Positions 9,689 through 19,186 of a DNA stretch of 64,000 nt are shown here, piece after piece (the stretch's first letter is position 1; each line of letters begins with the position of its first letter). Origin of the DNA: Dehalococcoidia bacterium (lineage in GTDB: Bacteria > Chloroflexota > Dehalococcoidia > GIF9 > AB-539-J10). Below the pieces are notes generated by a model, which saw nothing but the letters and a program-made list of their open reading frames with translations, had not been told where the DNA came from and searched no databases. The stretch covers positions 60,581 through 124,580 of the forward strand of contig JBKHJG010000001.1 in assembly GCA_046538235.1 (NCBI GenBank), given 5' to 3'. The position numbers and the translations under genes were made by a program.

Positions 9689-10855
9689 CTAGAAATCTAT
9701 ACTCTTTCCTTCGTAGGTGTAGCTGAAGAATCTGTCTGTTTCCGCAACATCAGGTATTCTGGGGGAGACAATCAACGAGCCGTCGGCCATGAGGTTGTCT
9801 ATCAGCTTCTCCATGGCCTTGTTGAAGCCGTCCAATGGAATGCCGGTCTCTCTGATACTCAACGGTTGGTTGATAGTGTGGGCCAGTCCCCTGATAGCCT
9901 CAGCCAGCGCCGCTGCCGCCGTCTTGCCCCGGGGTATCTCCAGATTGATAGCGTACGCGATCTCTGCCCATAGTTCTTCGCGGGCCTCACCGATGAATTC
10001 GATGGTATAGGGCAGAAACAGCCCAACTGCTCTGCCGTGGGGTACATGAAATACGGCGCCGAGCGAATGCCCTGCAGCGTGGGCCATGCTTGAGAGAGCA
10101 TTGATGAAGCCGATACCTGCCATGCAGGCCGCATTATGCATCTTTTCACGGGCTTCCATGTCGCCGCCATCCCTCACCGCTCTGGGCAGGTATCGGAAAA
10201 CAAGCTGTATCGCTTTGATACAGAAACCGTCTGAGAAGTCGTTCTTCCAATCGCAGGTATATCCCTCGACTGCGTGAGTTAGCGCATCCATTCCCGTGTC
10301 TGCCGTGATGTGAGGAGGCATGGCCCGGGCCAGTTCCGGATCCACGATGGCAATATCAGGGACGATCTCACGGTTGATAAGGCTCAGCTTTCTCTGGTCG
10401 CCCGGGTCGGTAAGCACCACCGCGAAAGTTGCCTCGGCGCCCGTGCCCGAGGTTGTGGCCACGCAGACAAGCCTGCACTTGCAGCCCAGGCCCAGGTCCG
10501 AGAGAAATGGGTTTATCTCCTCCGCCCTCATGTCCGGCCTTTCATATTGTACCCTCATGGCCTTGGCTGCATCCATGACCGAACCCCCACCCACAGCAAC
10601 AACCACATCGGGCCGATACTGGTTCATCAGAGCCACACCCTTGTCTACCGTATCCAGTGAAGGGTCGGGCTCAACGGCATCAAAGACAGCGGCTTGAATT
10701 CCGGCCCGGGCCAGATGCTCCTTGACCCTGTCAACAAAGCCCAGCTTCACAATGTTTTTATCTGTAACTATGAGTGCCGACTGGCCCTTAAGTTCAGACA
10801 GATGGCTGAGCGCGTCCTCGCCGAATACCACCTGCGGAGCAACAAAATACCACAT
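9689..10855 (-). CDS. iron-containing alcohol dehydrogenase (Fe-ADH family)
   Basis: GGGSVMDAAK NAD motif and Fe-binding His motifs. 388 aa. Confidence 0.9.
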   Translation of the reverse strand: MWYFVAPQVVFGEDALSHLSELKGQSALIVTDKNIVKLGFVDRVKEHLARAGIQAAVFDAVEPDPSLDTVDKGVALMNQYRPDVVVAVGGGSVMDAAKAMRVQYERPDMRAEEINPFLSDLGLGCKCRLVCVATTSGTGAEATFAVVLTDPGDQRKLSLINREIVPDIAIVDPELARAMPPHITADTGMDALTHAVEGYTCDWKNDFSDGFCIKAIQLVFRYLPRAVRDGGDMEAREKMHNAACMAGIGFINALSSMAHAAGHSLGAVFHVPHGRAVGLFLPYTIEFIGEAREELWAEIAYAINLEIPRGKTAAAALAEAIRGLAHTINQPLSIRETGIPLDGFNKAMEKLIDNLMADGSLIVSPRIPDVAETDRFFSYTYEGKSIDF

Positions 10856-10943
10856 GGCTAGCTAACGCCCCTCCCCACTGGACTATTCTCCGTGTTTTAT
10901 ATCAGTCAAATACCGACCTGAAAGCGGTCCGAACTCCCACCCT

Positions 10944-11354
10944 CTAGTCAGGGAACACCGCATCAACCGTGCTCAGGCAGTTCGTAAACTCGAGCGCCGC
11001 CCTGGGCATCCTCATGATCTGCCCCATGTTTCCCTTCACCTTCAGCTTACCCGTCATCATTGCCTTAACGGGGTCAAGCTTCTTCTCCAGCAGCTGTTTC
11101 ATAACCGTATACGGCCCGGAGATCCTGTACTGGGGCGACTTCTCCGTCTCATCCTTGATGGCCGAGGCAGAGCGGCATTCGCCGTGCCAGAGATCGAAAT
11201 AGCCGATGATCCTGTGCTTGAACGACGCATCCGGCTCAATAATCACGTACATGTCCCCCTCCCAGTTCTTGGCCACCTCCTTGTAGGTCTGACTGTTGTT
11301 TAGCTCCTGCATTGCTGCATCAGCCCATTCCTGGGTTCCAATCGTTAATGCCAT
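10944..11354 (-). CDS. SCP2 sterol-carrier-like domain protein
   Basis: C-terminal MTGKLKVKGNMGQIMR motif typical of SCP2. Likely start at the internal Met (MALTIG); the ORF track extends it to 11402. Confidence 0.6.
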   Translation of the reverse strand: MALTIGTQEWADAAMQELNNSQTYKEVAKNWEGDMYVIIEPDASFKHRIIGYFDLWHGECRSASAIKDETEKSPQYRISGPYTVMKQLLEKKLDPVKAMMTGKLKVKGNMGQIMRMPRAALEFTNCLSTVDAVFPD

Positions 11355-11529
11355 AGTCGCACCTCCCGAATCCGTACTAGGATACGGCCTATTATACACC
11401 ACATTTTCAGCCGGAAATCAAACACTTCCCATTCGCTCCTGGCATACACGGGCGAGCTTCGGTCATCGCAAGTCATAGTTCTTCTCGCGTCCCGGAAATC
11501 GTATGCGTTCGGCGGCTTCACACAAAGAG

Positions 11530-11558
11530 GGGGCCGGGGCTCAAGAGCCCCGGCCCTC
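11530..11558 (-). terminator. GC-rich hairpin downstream of the acylase gene (gggccggggctc-aaga-gagccccggccc)
   Basis: 12-bp perfect stem located 55-80 nt past the acylase stop. No strong U-tract follows. Confidence 0.35.
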
Positions 11559-11611
11559 AATGCTAGCTCCTGCCGACACGGTCAATAGGCAATGCCGGCA
11601 AGGGGGCAGTT

Positions 11612-14392
11612 CTAGTCAGCGAAGAAGTCTCTTTCCCAGGTCGCGACCGCTTCCACTGACACGCGGCTAAGATGCATGGGCTTGTACGTCCAGCTCGCAT
11701 ACAGCAATACCTGGTCATAAGCGTGCGGGCTGGGAGTTGGCGTGGGCGTTTTGCCATCCACTATCTTGAGCTCCATGAACCCGCTCTGCCCGGGCGGAAT
11801 GACGTTCTTGCCCTGCGGCAACGGCGTCGATAGCTCGGCGATCTGGTTATAGGTACCACGGTTCATGGCCGGGTGGCTGAACACGTCGGTCGGCAGGGCT
11901 CCCAGTTTGTCATACTTCTGCATACGCACCGGGGTCAGCCAGGTCGACATGTCCTCGCCGTATTCAACCTTCAGGTCAGCAATCGCCTCTTTCAACGCAT
12001 CCATAATCAGCGCATCCAGTGCCTCGCCAGTCGGGTAGCCAGGATAGTTGAGGGACCCATCAGCCCTGAACACGCGGACCAGCAGGCTGGGATAACCCTT
12101 GACCTGTCCGATCATATCTGCCGGCAGAATCCCGTCAAACACCATGGGGACGACCTTGTCGTACCAGGCATTGAAGATGGTCAGACCGGCATGATCGTAA
12201 GTAGGATTCTCATCGTCAGGCCACTTGGGTGGTACAAAATCGACATAACTGACAGGAAGAGGGGTTGCTGTAGCCCAGGCTCCGAGGTGCTCCAGGGCTG
12301 CTACAACCTCCGGGTCACTGGTCTCTCCCACATAAGCCGTGGCCGCGGTTATCAGATCCCCCGCAAAGTTCATTCCTGCGGTATTGTGGTATCCGGCAAC
12401 CTGATTAATCGTGTTCAGATGGGCGGGCGTGAGGTCTCCACCGGCGGCCAATGCGGTCACAGTATCCAGCAGTATCTGCACACGGTGACCGTCGCCCCAG
12501 TGGAAGTCACTCTCTGCAAATGGCCAGCCAGCAATTGGTTTGTTGTTCCAATTGGTGAGCCAACCCTGCTCAGGATTGATCGACCTGGGCATCTCCTCAG
12601 GCCCGGTGACGCGCACCCATTCCTGTGTTCCGTCGCCCATCAAGGGCGTCCTGGGATCGGCACCCTCCGGCTTCACCGGGAAGCGCCCGGCATGCCAGTA
12701 GCCGATGTTGCCTTCGGTATCTGCCCACAAGAAGTTGTGGTTAGGCCAGATCATCTCCACCGCCGCCTCAAACTCGTCGACGTTGGTGGCCTCCTGGAAA
12801 AGTTCCCAGCCCTGCTCGCCCGCGATCTCATTTCTGTAGAAGGGGGTGTGCAGGGTGAAGGCCGTGCCTGCGTCTACGTCCACCTCGACGATGGGCCCAT
12901 AATGCGAGCGATAGAACGTCTCCGTTACCGGCTCAGCCAGCCCGCGAACCACGAACGTCTCGGTCCTGACCTCCATGTCACGCCACTCACCCTCATACAG
13001 GTACTGAGTCGGGTTCTCGGGGTTCAGTACCAGTACACGGATGTCCATAACATCGGAGGCACCGGTGGTTGACGTCCAGGCCCCATATTCACTGACGCCG
13101 ATCAAGATGAACGGACCTGCCGACGGGAATGCCATGCCCACGGCGTTTATGCCGTCGCCATGCAGACCTATCTCCATGACAATCTGCGGAACCGAGTAGC
13201 CCATCTGGGGTCCTCCCAGTAGCAGGGCATTCCCGGTGGCCGATAGTTCAGGCCTGACGGGTAGGGCATTGCTTCCCAGTTTCCGCGGTATGCCCAGCGA
13301 CTGAAGCAGCTCATCCTGCGCCGCCCGGGACTCCGCGTATTCCACAAAGAGCTCCTCCACGCCGTCCGGCAAATCCACCAGAGAAACGGTGGTGGCGGCA
13401 GCTTCCCCGAAAACCTGGTCGGGTATCGTAACCGGTGCTCCGGCATCTTCGAGTGGGAAGAGGTCGCTCCATACCGCCCCTCCTAGCGCCTCTCCGTGCA
13501 CTGCCTGTAGGCCAAGCAAAGCAGTGTACATGTCGCCTTCGTTGCCACCCGTACCACCAAACCTCCAACCCATTAGCACCGTAACGGCAACTACATCCGA
13601 CACGGTGAACTCCTCGAGTTCGCCAATCAGCTTGTTCGCCACATATTCAATAGGCATGAGAGACGGATCGAGCAGCGCTTCATAGATGTAAAGGTTTATG
13701 CCATCTACATAGGCTTCAATCATGGGCTTGAGGTGCCGGTAGCCCGCGCCGGGATCCCAGTCGTCATACATCTCCTGTAGCTCCGCCTGGTTGTACCACA
13801 ATGCCCTCAGTTCCTTGTCCTGAGCCAGATAGTCCGGGCCCAGAAGTTCGGCAAGGCGGCCGGAAGCGGTTCTGCGCAGGACATCCGCCTGCCACAGCCT
13901 GTCCTGGGCCATGGCATAGCCAGCTCCAAAGGCCAAGTCCTCTCGCGTGTCGGCGAAGACGTGGGGAACTCCGTAGTCGTCTCTGATGATGGTAAGCAAG
14001 GGCTGCGGAGGTGGGGTGGCTGGGAATTCAGCGATTACCACATCCGATCCGGCAGCATTGCTTACCGATGCTGCACCGGCTACCTCAAAGAAGTTCGCCG
14101 GCACGCCAATGAAGGTGTAGCCTTCTTTGGCTGTCAATATGATGGTGGCCGTGTATGCTGTGTCTGCCTCAAACAGATCATGGTCGGGGTCCCAGGCCAC
14201 GGTTCCTGTGTACTGCTCCGTTGGGGTAATCGTGGTCACCGGCGTTTCACCTGTTGCCGGTGGGGTTACCCCAGAGATCTCCTCAATGTCAATTGTCTGC
14301 AGCTCGCCATCGCCGTCACTGGGTTGACAGCCAGCCACAACCAGTCCCATCACAAGCAGGGACACCAAGATAAGGTAAGTGATTCTTTTCAA
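11612..14392 (-). CDS. penicillin amidase (S45 Ntn-hydrolase) family lipoprotein with an extra ~110-aa N-terminal module; TTG start
   Basis: Lipobox (LVVAGC). Penicillin acylase alpha-subunit motifs (IIRDDYGVPHVFADT..GYAMAQDRLWQ) and beta-subunit N-terminal nucleophile context (GSNALP). 926 aa. Confidence 0.85.
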   Translation of the reverse strand: MKRITYLILVSLLVMGLVVAGCQPSDGDGELQTIDIEEISGVTPPATGETPVTTITPTEQYTGTVAWDPDHDLFEADTAYTATIILTAKEGYTFIGVPANFFEVAGAASVSNAAGSDVVIAEFPATPPPQPLLTIIRDDYGVPHVFADTREDLAFGAGYAMAQDRLWQADVLRRTASGRLAELLGPDYLAQDKELRALWYNQAELQEMYDDWDPGAGYRHLKPMIEAYVDGINLYIYEALLDPSLMPIEYVANKLIGELEEFTVSDVVAVTVLMGWRFGGTGGNEGDMYTALLGLQAVHGEALGGAVWSDLFPLEDAGAPVTIPDQVFGEAAATTVSLVDLPDGVEELFVEYAESRAAQDELLQSLGIPRKLGSNALPVRPELSATGNALLLGGPQMGYSVPQIVMEIGLHGDGINAVGMAFPSAGPFILIGVSEYGAWTSTTGASDVMDIRVLVLNPENPTQYLYEGEWRDMEVRTETFVVRGLAEPVTETFYRSHYGPIVEVDVDAGTAFTLHTPFYRNEIAGEQGWELFQEATNVDEFEAAVEMIWPNHNFLWADTEGNIGYWHAGRFPVKPEGADPRTPLMGDGTQEWVRVTGPEEMPRSINPEQGWLTNWNNKPIAGWPFAESDFHWGDGHRVQILLDTVTALAAGGDLTPAHLNTINQVAGYHNTAGMNFAGDLITAATAYVGETSDPEVVAALEHLGAWATATPLPVSYVDFVPPKWPDDENPTYDHAGLTIFNAWYDKVVPMVFDGILPADMIGQVKGYPSLLVRVFRADGSLNYPGYPTGEALDALIMDALKEAIADLKVEYGEDMSTWLTPVRMQKYDKLGALPTDVFSHPAMNRGTYNQIAELSTPLPQGKNVIPPGQSGFMELKIVDGKTPTPTPSPHAYDQVLLYASWTYKPMHLSRVSVEAVATWERDFFAD

Positions 14393-14535
14393 CCTTTAGC
14401 CTCCTTCTTGTTCTTTTGGTTATTCCGATTTCCTGGCAGTTAGGCTTTGGGCGCCGGAAGGATCCAGTCGACCACTAGTTGCCTCCGGCGACCGTTCCTT
14501 CATGCAGTACCCCGATAGATCCACCTCCTTTCTCT
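14000..14535 (-). repeat. copy 1 of a dispersed inverted duplication (leader + RBS + TTG start + signal peptide + N-terminal domain); partner at 55743-56285
   Basis: Near-identical RBS/start context (aatcgga..aaggaggc.aaaggTTGAAAAGA). ~130 aa of collinear protein identity and ~140 nt of upstream nucleotide similarity to the partner copy. Confidence 0.8.
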
Positions 14536-14754
14536 CCGGCCTCGGTCAATGCCGAGTCACAGGTTGCCCGTTTCGCCAACTTACCAGGCGATTCATGCGG
14601 AATTCGGGAAAGAACAGGGGCAAAAGAGCAGACGTTGCTGTGACCGCAATGAGGGAGCCGAAACCACGTTGATATGCGCTCGGCTGAATCTGACGTAAAC
14701 CGAAGGACTCCCCTGACGTACACACTTGACCACCGACCTAGCGTAGGCCCTTCC

Positions 14755-14785
14755 ATTATACCCCTCTTGACCAGTGAATTGTCAA
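14755..14785 (-). promoter_or_regulatory. sigma70-like promoter TTGACA-N18-TATAAT on the minus strand, ~355 nt upstream of the acylase start
   Basis: Consensus -35 and -10 hexamers read on the minus strand (plus-strand tgtcaa at 14780-14785, attata at 14755-14760). Confidence 0.5.
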
Positions 14786-14927
14786 CAGCTACCAGCTTCG
14801 ACCATGCGTGTGATCCCAGTCAGCTGCCGCTCATGCATCGAGGGGGAAGATGACCAGCGCAGAGCAGTCAGATATTCGGTGTGCACCACGAAATGCCGAA
14901 TGCCTTCTTGTAGTTGATACTGCAGTA

Positions 14928-17356
14928 TCAGGCCATCCCTACCGGGTCGACATCCACAGTCCATCCTCCCGGAAGATTGAGCCGCGACAGGATTGAGACC
15001 GGTTCAGAGCCGCGGAGGAGGAGTTGCCAGCGGTACTTGCCCCTGGTCCTGAAGGCAAATGCGGGGACGGGGCCAATCAGGCTAAGGTCGGACATGCCCT
15101 CTCCGGCCATCTCGTCAAGAACCACATGATACACCCGCTCTACCTCGCTGCGACACAGCTTCTCGTTGGTATGGCTGTAGACCAGCCGGACCAGGCGGCT
15201 GAATGGTGGATAGTTGTATTGCCGTCGGAAATCTATCTCTTTGTGGTAGAAGCCAAGATAATCATGCCGGGCAGCAGCTTCAATAATGTAGTTATCGGGG
15301 GAGTAAGTCTGGATGATAACCTTCCCTGCCTTGATACCACGGCCGGCCCTGCCCGCCACCTGGCACAGAAGCTGAAAGGTGCGCTCACCGCTCCGGAAAT
15401 CCGGAAGGTTAAGGCCGGTATCGGCGTTGATTATCCCGGCCAGTGTCACCTGAGGCAGATCCAGTCCTTTGGCTATCATCTGAGTACCGATAAGAACATC
15501 TGCCTTGTGGTCACGGAAATCGCTGAGCAACTCCTCATGAGTATACCTCCTGGTAATCACATCTCTGTCCCAGCGAAGCAATCTTGCTCCGGGAAAGAAA
15601 TGGCCCATCTCCTCCTCCACCCTCTGCGTACCGATACCCAGAAACCTGAGATCGCTCCGAGAACACTGCGGACAGGTCCGGGCCACCGGAATGGAGTAGC
15701 GGCAGCGATGACAAGAGAGCCTTTTCTCCGCCGAATGGTAGGTAAGGGCTATAGAGCAGCGCGGGCAGCGAAAGACAAAGCCGCAATTGCGACACCGGAC
15801 AAAGGTAGCTGTGCCGCGGCGGTTAAGAAAGAGGATTACCTGCTCTCCGTGCGCCAGGGCCTCCTTTATGGCAGCCAACAGGGCACGGCTAAACAGGCTT
15901 GTGTTCCCAGCCTTGAGTTCTTCCCGCAAATCCGCTATGCCCACCTCAGGAAGAGCCGTATAACCACGGGCGGTGATCCTTTCCCTCAACTCCACAAGAT
16001 GGTATTCCCCCTGCTGTGCCTTATGAAAGCTCCCAATATCAGGAGTAGCGCTACCCAGAATGACAACCGCATCGTTGAGTTGGCCCAACTTGATGGCTGT
16101 GTCCCGCGCATGGTAGCGAGGGGATTTGTCCTCCTGCTTGTAAGTCCACTCATGCTCTTCATCGATGATGATAAGACCAAGGTCGGGCAAGGGACTGAAC
16201 AAGGCGCTCCTCGGTCCGATTACGACATCGCAGTTTCCCTCAGCTATCCATTGCCATTCGTCGAACTGCTCTCCCGGAGAGAGGCGGCTGTGCAGTACTG
16301 CCACACGCCCGGGGAAGCGACTGGCAAACCTCTCCACCGTCTGCTGAGTCAGAGCGATTTCCGGAATCAGGCAGATGCCTCGCTTCCCGGCAGCCATGAC
16401 GAGGGCCAGTGCCTGCAGGTAAACCTCGGTCTTGCCGCTGCCGGTTACGCCCAAGAGAAGAAAGACCGGGGCTTTGCCGCCTTGTCCCTTCTCGCCCATA
16501 ATGGCACCCCGGAGCGATACCCAGACAGCCTGTTGGGAAGGAGTGAGAACCGGAGATGACGGGGTTGTGAGGCTGAGGTGGGACAGAGGGTCGCGCCTTA
16601 TCCTGAGCCCTTCCACTGAGACCAGCCCGCGACTCTCGAGTGCCCTGATGCTGGCGAGGGAGCAGCCGAGGCGGTCCCGCAGTTCCCGAGTTGAAACAGG
16701 CTCAGTCTGCCGTTCCAGGAACCTGAGGAGCTCCAACTGCTTATAGGCCCGTGACCCGACGAGGCGAGCCTCCTCCTCCTCGATCACCTGGCTATCAGCC
16801 GTCAGCCTGACAGCAGCAACTGTCTTGGGCCTGGCCTTCGCTGGCTCCGGTTCCAGCGTCCTCGTGATCAGCTGGCGGTCCAGCAGTTGATCGGTGATTC
16901 GCCTGGCTTTTCTTTGACCAATTGCCTTCTCCAGCTCAGCCAGGCTTGTCTTTTTTTTTCTATCATGTGGAGGACCTGTCTTTGCTCCGGAGTCAGAGGC
17001 GATTCCACTGCCAAATCCGCCGCCTGGAAGTAAGCGATTGTCCGTCTCTCAAACCCCGGAGGGGTCATCAAAGACAGCGCATCGAAAAGGGGAGCATAGT
17101 ATCGCTCGCTCATCCACTGAGCAAGCTCCACCTGAAGGTGGGAAAGTAGAGGAGCGTCAGCGACAATGCCGGCTATCTCCCTGGGTTCGGCAACCGATGG
17201 CTCCTCTGATAAGCAGAGGACGATCCCCTGAATGACCCTGGCGCCAAAAGGCACCCATACGGCCTGCCCAACGCTGATACTGAGACCGGGCGGTACGGCG
17301 TAACAGAAAGTTGAGCGACTCCCGGGCGAATTGACTGCCACCTCCGCGTATTTCAT
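14928..17356 (-). CDS. priA: primosomal protein N' (PriA helicase), interrupted by a frameshift at an A9 run (16951-16959); N-terminal ORF 16868-17356 and helicase ORF 14928-16787
   Basis: The N-terminal 3'-DNA-binding domain ([11 protein letters not shown]...VWVPFGAR) is in one frame. Walker A (GVTGSGKTEVY), DEEH and Cys-rich zinc motifs are in the next frame. The helicase frame stays open upstream through the poly-A run and encodes winged-helix-like sequence. One extra A would fuse the two ORFs into a ~809-aa protein. Confidence 0.85.
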
Positions 17357-17742
17357 CCAGAAGCCTGTTCCTCTTCTTGAGGCTTGACTTGCCCCATCGC
17401 CTTCTCCCGCCTCTCCTTAAGTCGAGCCCGCTTGGCGCTGAGCCTACGCATATGATAAAGCCTGGCCCGGCGCACATGTCCATGCCTTAGCACCTCCAGG
17501 TTCTGTACGGAAGGGGACTGGAAAGGGAAGGTCCGTTCCACTCCAATGCCATGCGACACGCGCCTCACCGTGAAGTTGCCTCCATCAACTCCCTTCCTGA
17601 TCCTGATGACCATTCCCTGGAAGTGCTGCAGTCTCTCCTTGTCCCCTTCCACGGTCTTGAGACTGACCTTGACCGTATCACCGGGGGAAACCTGGGGAAT
17701 ATTGGGGTTCATCCTAGGCTTAACGAATTCTCTAACATCCAT
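17353..17742 (-). CDS. rplS: 50S ribosomal protein L19
   Basis: Strong similarity to bacterial L19 ([27 protein letters not shown]...GIGVERTF). Confidence 0.92.
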   Translation of the reverse strand: MDVREFVKPRMNPNIPQVSPGDTVKVSLKTVEGDKERLQHFQGMVIRIRKGVDGGNFTVRRVSHGIGVERTFPFQSPSVQNLEVLRHGHVRRARLYHMRRLSAKRARLKERREKAMGQVKPQEEEQASG

Positions 17743-18449
17743 TTCCTTTCCTCATCGCAGAGATTAGCGTTCTTCAGGAGCTCCGGGCGTCGTTCGGCCG
17801 TTCGCAAGATAGACTGGCGACGCCGCCACTGAGCGATCTCGCCGTGATTTCCCGAGAGTAGAACCGGGGGTACTGACCAACCCCGGTAGACCTGGGGCCT
17901 GGTGTACTGGGGATATTCCAAAAGCCCATCGCTGTGAGAGTCGCTGCCTGCAGAGTCCTCCGACCCGAGCACTCCCGGTATGACCCTAACTATAGCGTCC
18001 ACCACCACCATAGCTGCTGGTTCCCCTCCGCTGAGCACGTAGTCCCCGATGCTGATTGCATCGGTAGCCAAATGCTCACATACCCTCTCATCCACGCCTT
18101 CGTAGTGGCCGCAAATCAACATAAGGTGCCGGTGGAGGGACAGTTCCTCAGCCACAGACTGAGAGAAAGGCCGGCCCTGAGGGGTTAGCAATATGATAGT
18201 CATCTCTCCTGCGCCAAGCTGCTCTTTTACGGCTTCTGCTGCCTCAAAGATAGGCTCGGGCCTCAGAACCATGCCTGGCCCGCCCCCATAAGGATAATCA
18301 TCCACAGCATGATGCCTGTCATGCGCATAGTCGCGAATATCGTGGATAGCGATATCCACCAGCCCCCTATCTCTGGCACGCCTGATCATGCTCTGATCAA
18401 GCGGAGCGATAAGCATTTCAGGGAAGAGACATAGAATATCGATGCGCAT
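17709..18449 (-). CDS. trmD: tRNA (guanine37-N1)-methyltransferase
   Basis: TrmD motifs ([12 protein letters not shown]...[12 protein letters not shown]). Start likely the internal Met; the ORF track extends it to 18464. trmD-rplS order is conserved. Confidence 0.9.
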   Translation of the reverse strand: MRIDILCLFPEMLIAPLDQSMIRRARDRGLVDIAIHDIRDYAHDRHHAVDDYPYGGGPGMVLRPEPIFEAAEAVKEQLGAGEMTIILLTPQGRPFSQSVAEELSLHRHLMLICGHYEGVDERVCEHLATDAISIGDYVLSGGEPAAMVVVDAIVRVIPGVLGSEDSAGSDSHSDGLLEYPQYTRPQVYRGWSVPPVLLSGNHGEIAQWRRRQSILRTAERRPELLKNANLCDEERKWMLENSLSLG

Positions 18450-18481
18450 AGATTCTGTCGCCAAGCCCTTTCAAAGTGCAT

Positions 18482-18510
18482 ATCTTACCACGCACGCTTC
18501 GACAAGACAA
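18482..18510 (-). promoter_or_regulatory. candidate minus-strand promoter TTGTCT-N17-TAAGAT for trmD-rplS-priA
   Basis: Hexamers read on the minus strand just upstream of the trmD start. Divergent from the mraZ promoter. Confidence 0.3.
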
Positions 18511-18632
18511 AGTCTCTTGGCCTTCCCCCTGCCCTTGCGGCGAAGTGGATCTATCAGGCACCTCGGGCCGGGCCGGTTTTCAGTCGCCTCTACGAAAATC
18601 GACGGAAAATTCGCAAAAGGCGCTCCAAGGTA

Positions 18633-18660
18633 TTGACAAAACAGAAATAAGGTTTATAAT
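18633..18660 (+). promoter_or_regulatory. sigma70-consensus promoter TTGACA-N16-TATAAT for the mraZ operon
   Basis: Perfect -35 (18633-18638) and -10 (18655-18660) hexamers, ~100 nt upstream of mraZ. Confidence 0.55.
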
Positions 18661-18666
18661 ACAATT

Positions 18667-18744
18667 GTGGGGAGAAATGGGGAGAAGGGGTGAACCAGGC
18701 AATGTTGTGTACGGTAGGTTGGGGTAGATTGGGGTAGTTTGGAG
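18667..18744 (+). promoter_or_regulatory. G-rich direct repeats (GTGGGG / ATGGGG / AAGGGG...TTGGGGTAGA TTGGGGTAGT TTGGAG) between promoter and mraZ start: candidate MraZ operator
   Basis: Tandem ~10-bp-spaced TGGGG-type repeats. MraZ is known to bind direct GTGGG-type repeats in its own promoter region. Confidence 0.35.
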
Positions 18745-18763
18745 TTAACTGAGGCAAATCAAG

Positions 18764-19186
18764 ATGTTTTTTGGTGAGCACGCATATAAGGTCGATGAGA
18801 AGGGAAGAGTGCCTCTGCCGCCTAAATTCAGGCGGGAGATGAAAGAGGGCGTGATTCTGGCCAGAGGGATTGAGAAATGCATCACCGTCTACCCGATAGC
18901 AGAGTGGAAAAGGCTGTCCGAAAGTTTGGCTGCCAAGGCAGTAAGCAAGGCTGACCTGCGGAAGCTGAATCGCGCCATCTTCGGATCTGCCTTCAGTGCC
19001 TCGTTCGACGGACAGGGGAGGATAACACTGCTGCACCCCTTACGCGAGTACGCCAAGATTGGAGATACAGCAATTGTTGTCGGTGCCAACAACTGTGTTG
19101 AGCTGTGGAGCGAAGATGAGTGGAAGGCCGAGAGAACATCGGCTGAAGAGCAGGCATCGCAGATAATTGAGAGCTTGGGAGAATAA
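18764..19186 (+). CDS. mraZ: transcriptional regulator MraZ
   Basis: Duplicated SpoVT/AbrB-like MraZ motifs (GRVPLPPKFR; DGQGRITL). 140 aa. Confidence 0.9.
   Translation: MFFGEHAYKVDEKGRVPLPPKFRREMKEGVILARGIEKCITVYPIAEWKRLSESLAAKAVSKADLRKLNRAIFGSAFSASFDGQGRITLLHPLREYAKIGDTAIVVGANNCVELWSEDEWKAERTSAEEQASQIIESLGE

Noticed and set aside
14475-14756. 93-aa ORF on the minus strand between priA and the acylase
   Set aside because: It lies inside the putative long 5' leader, has no RBS or homology, and its composition looks non-coding.
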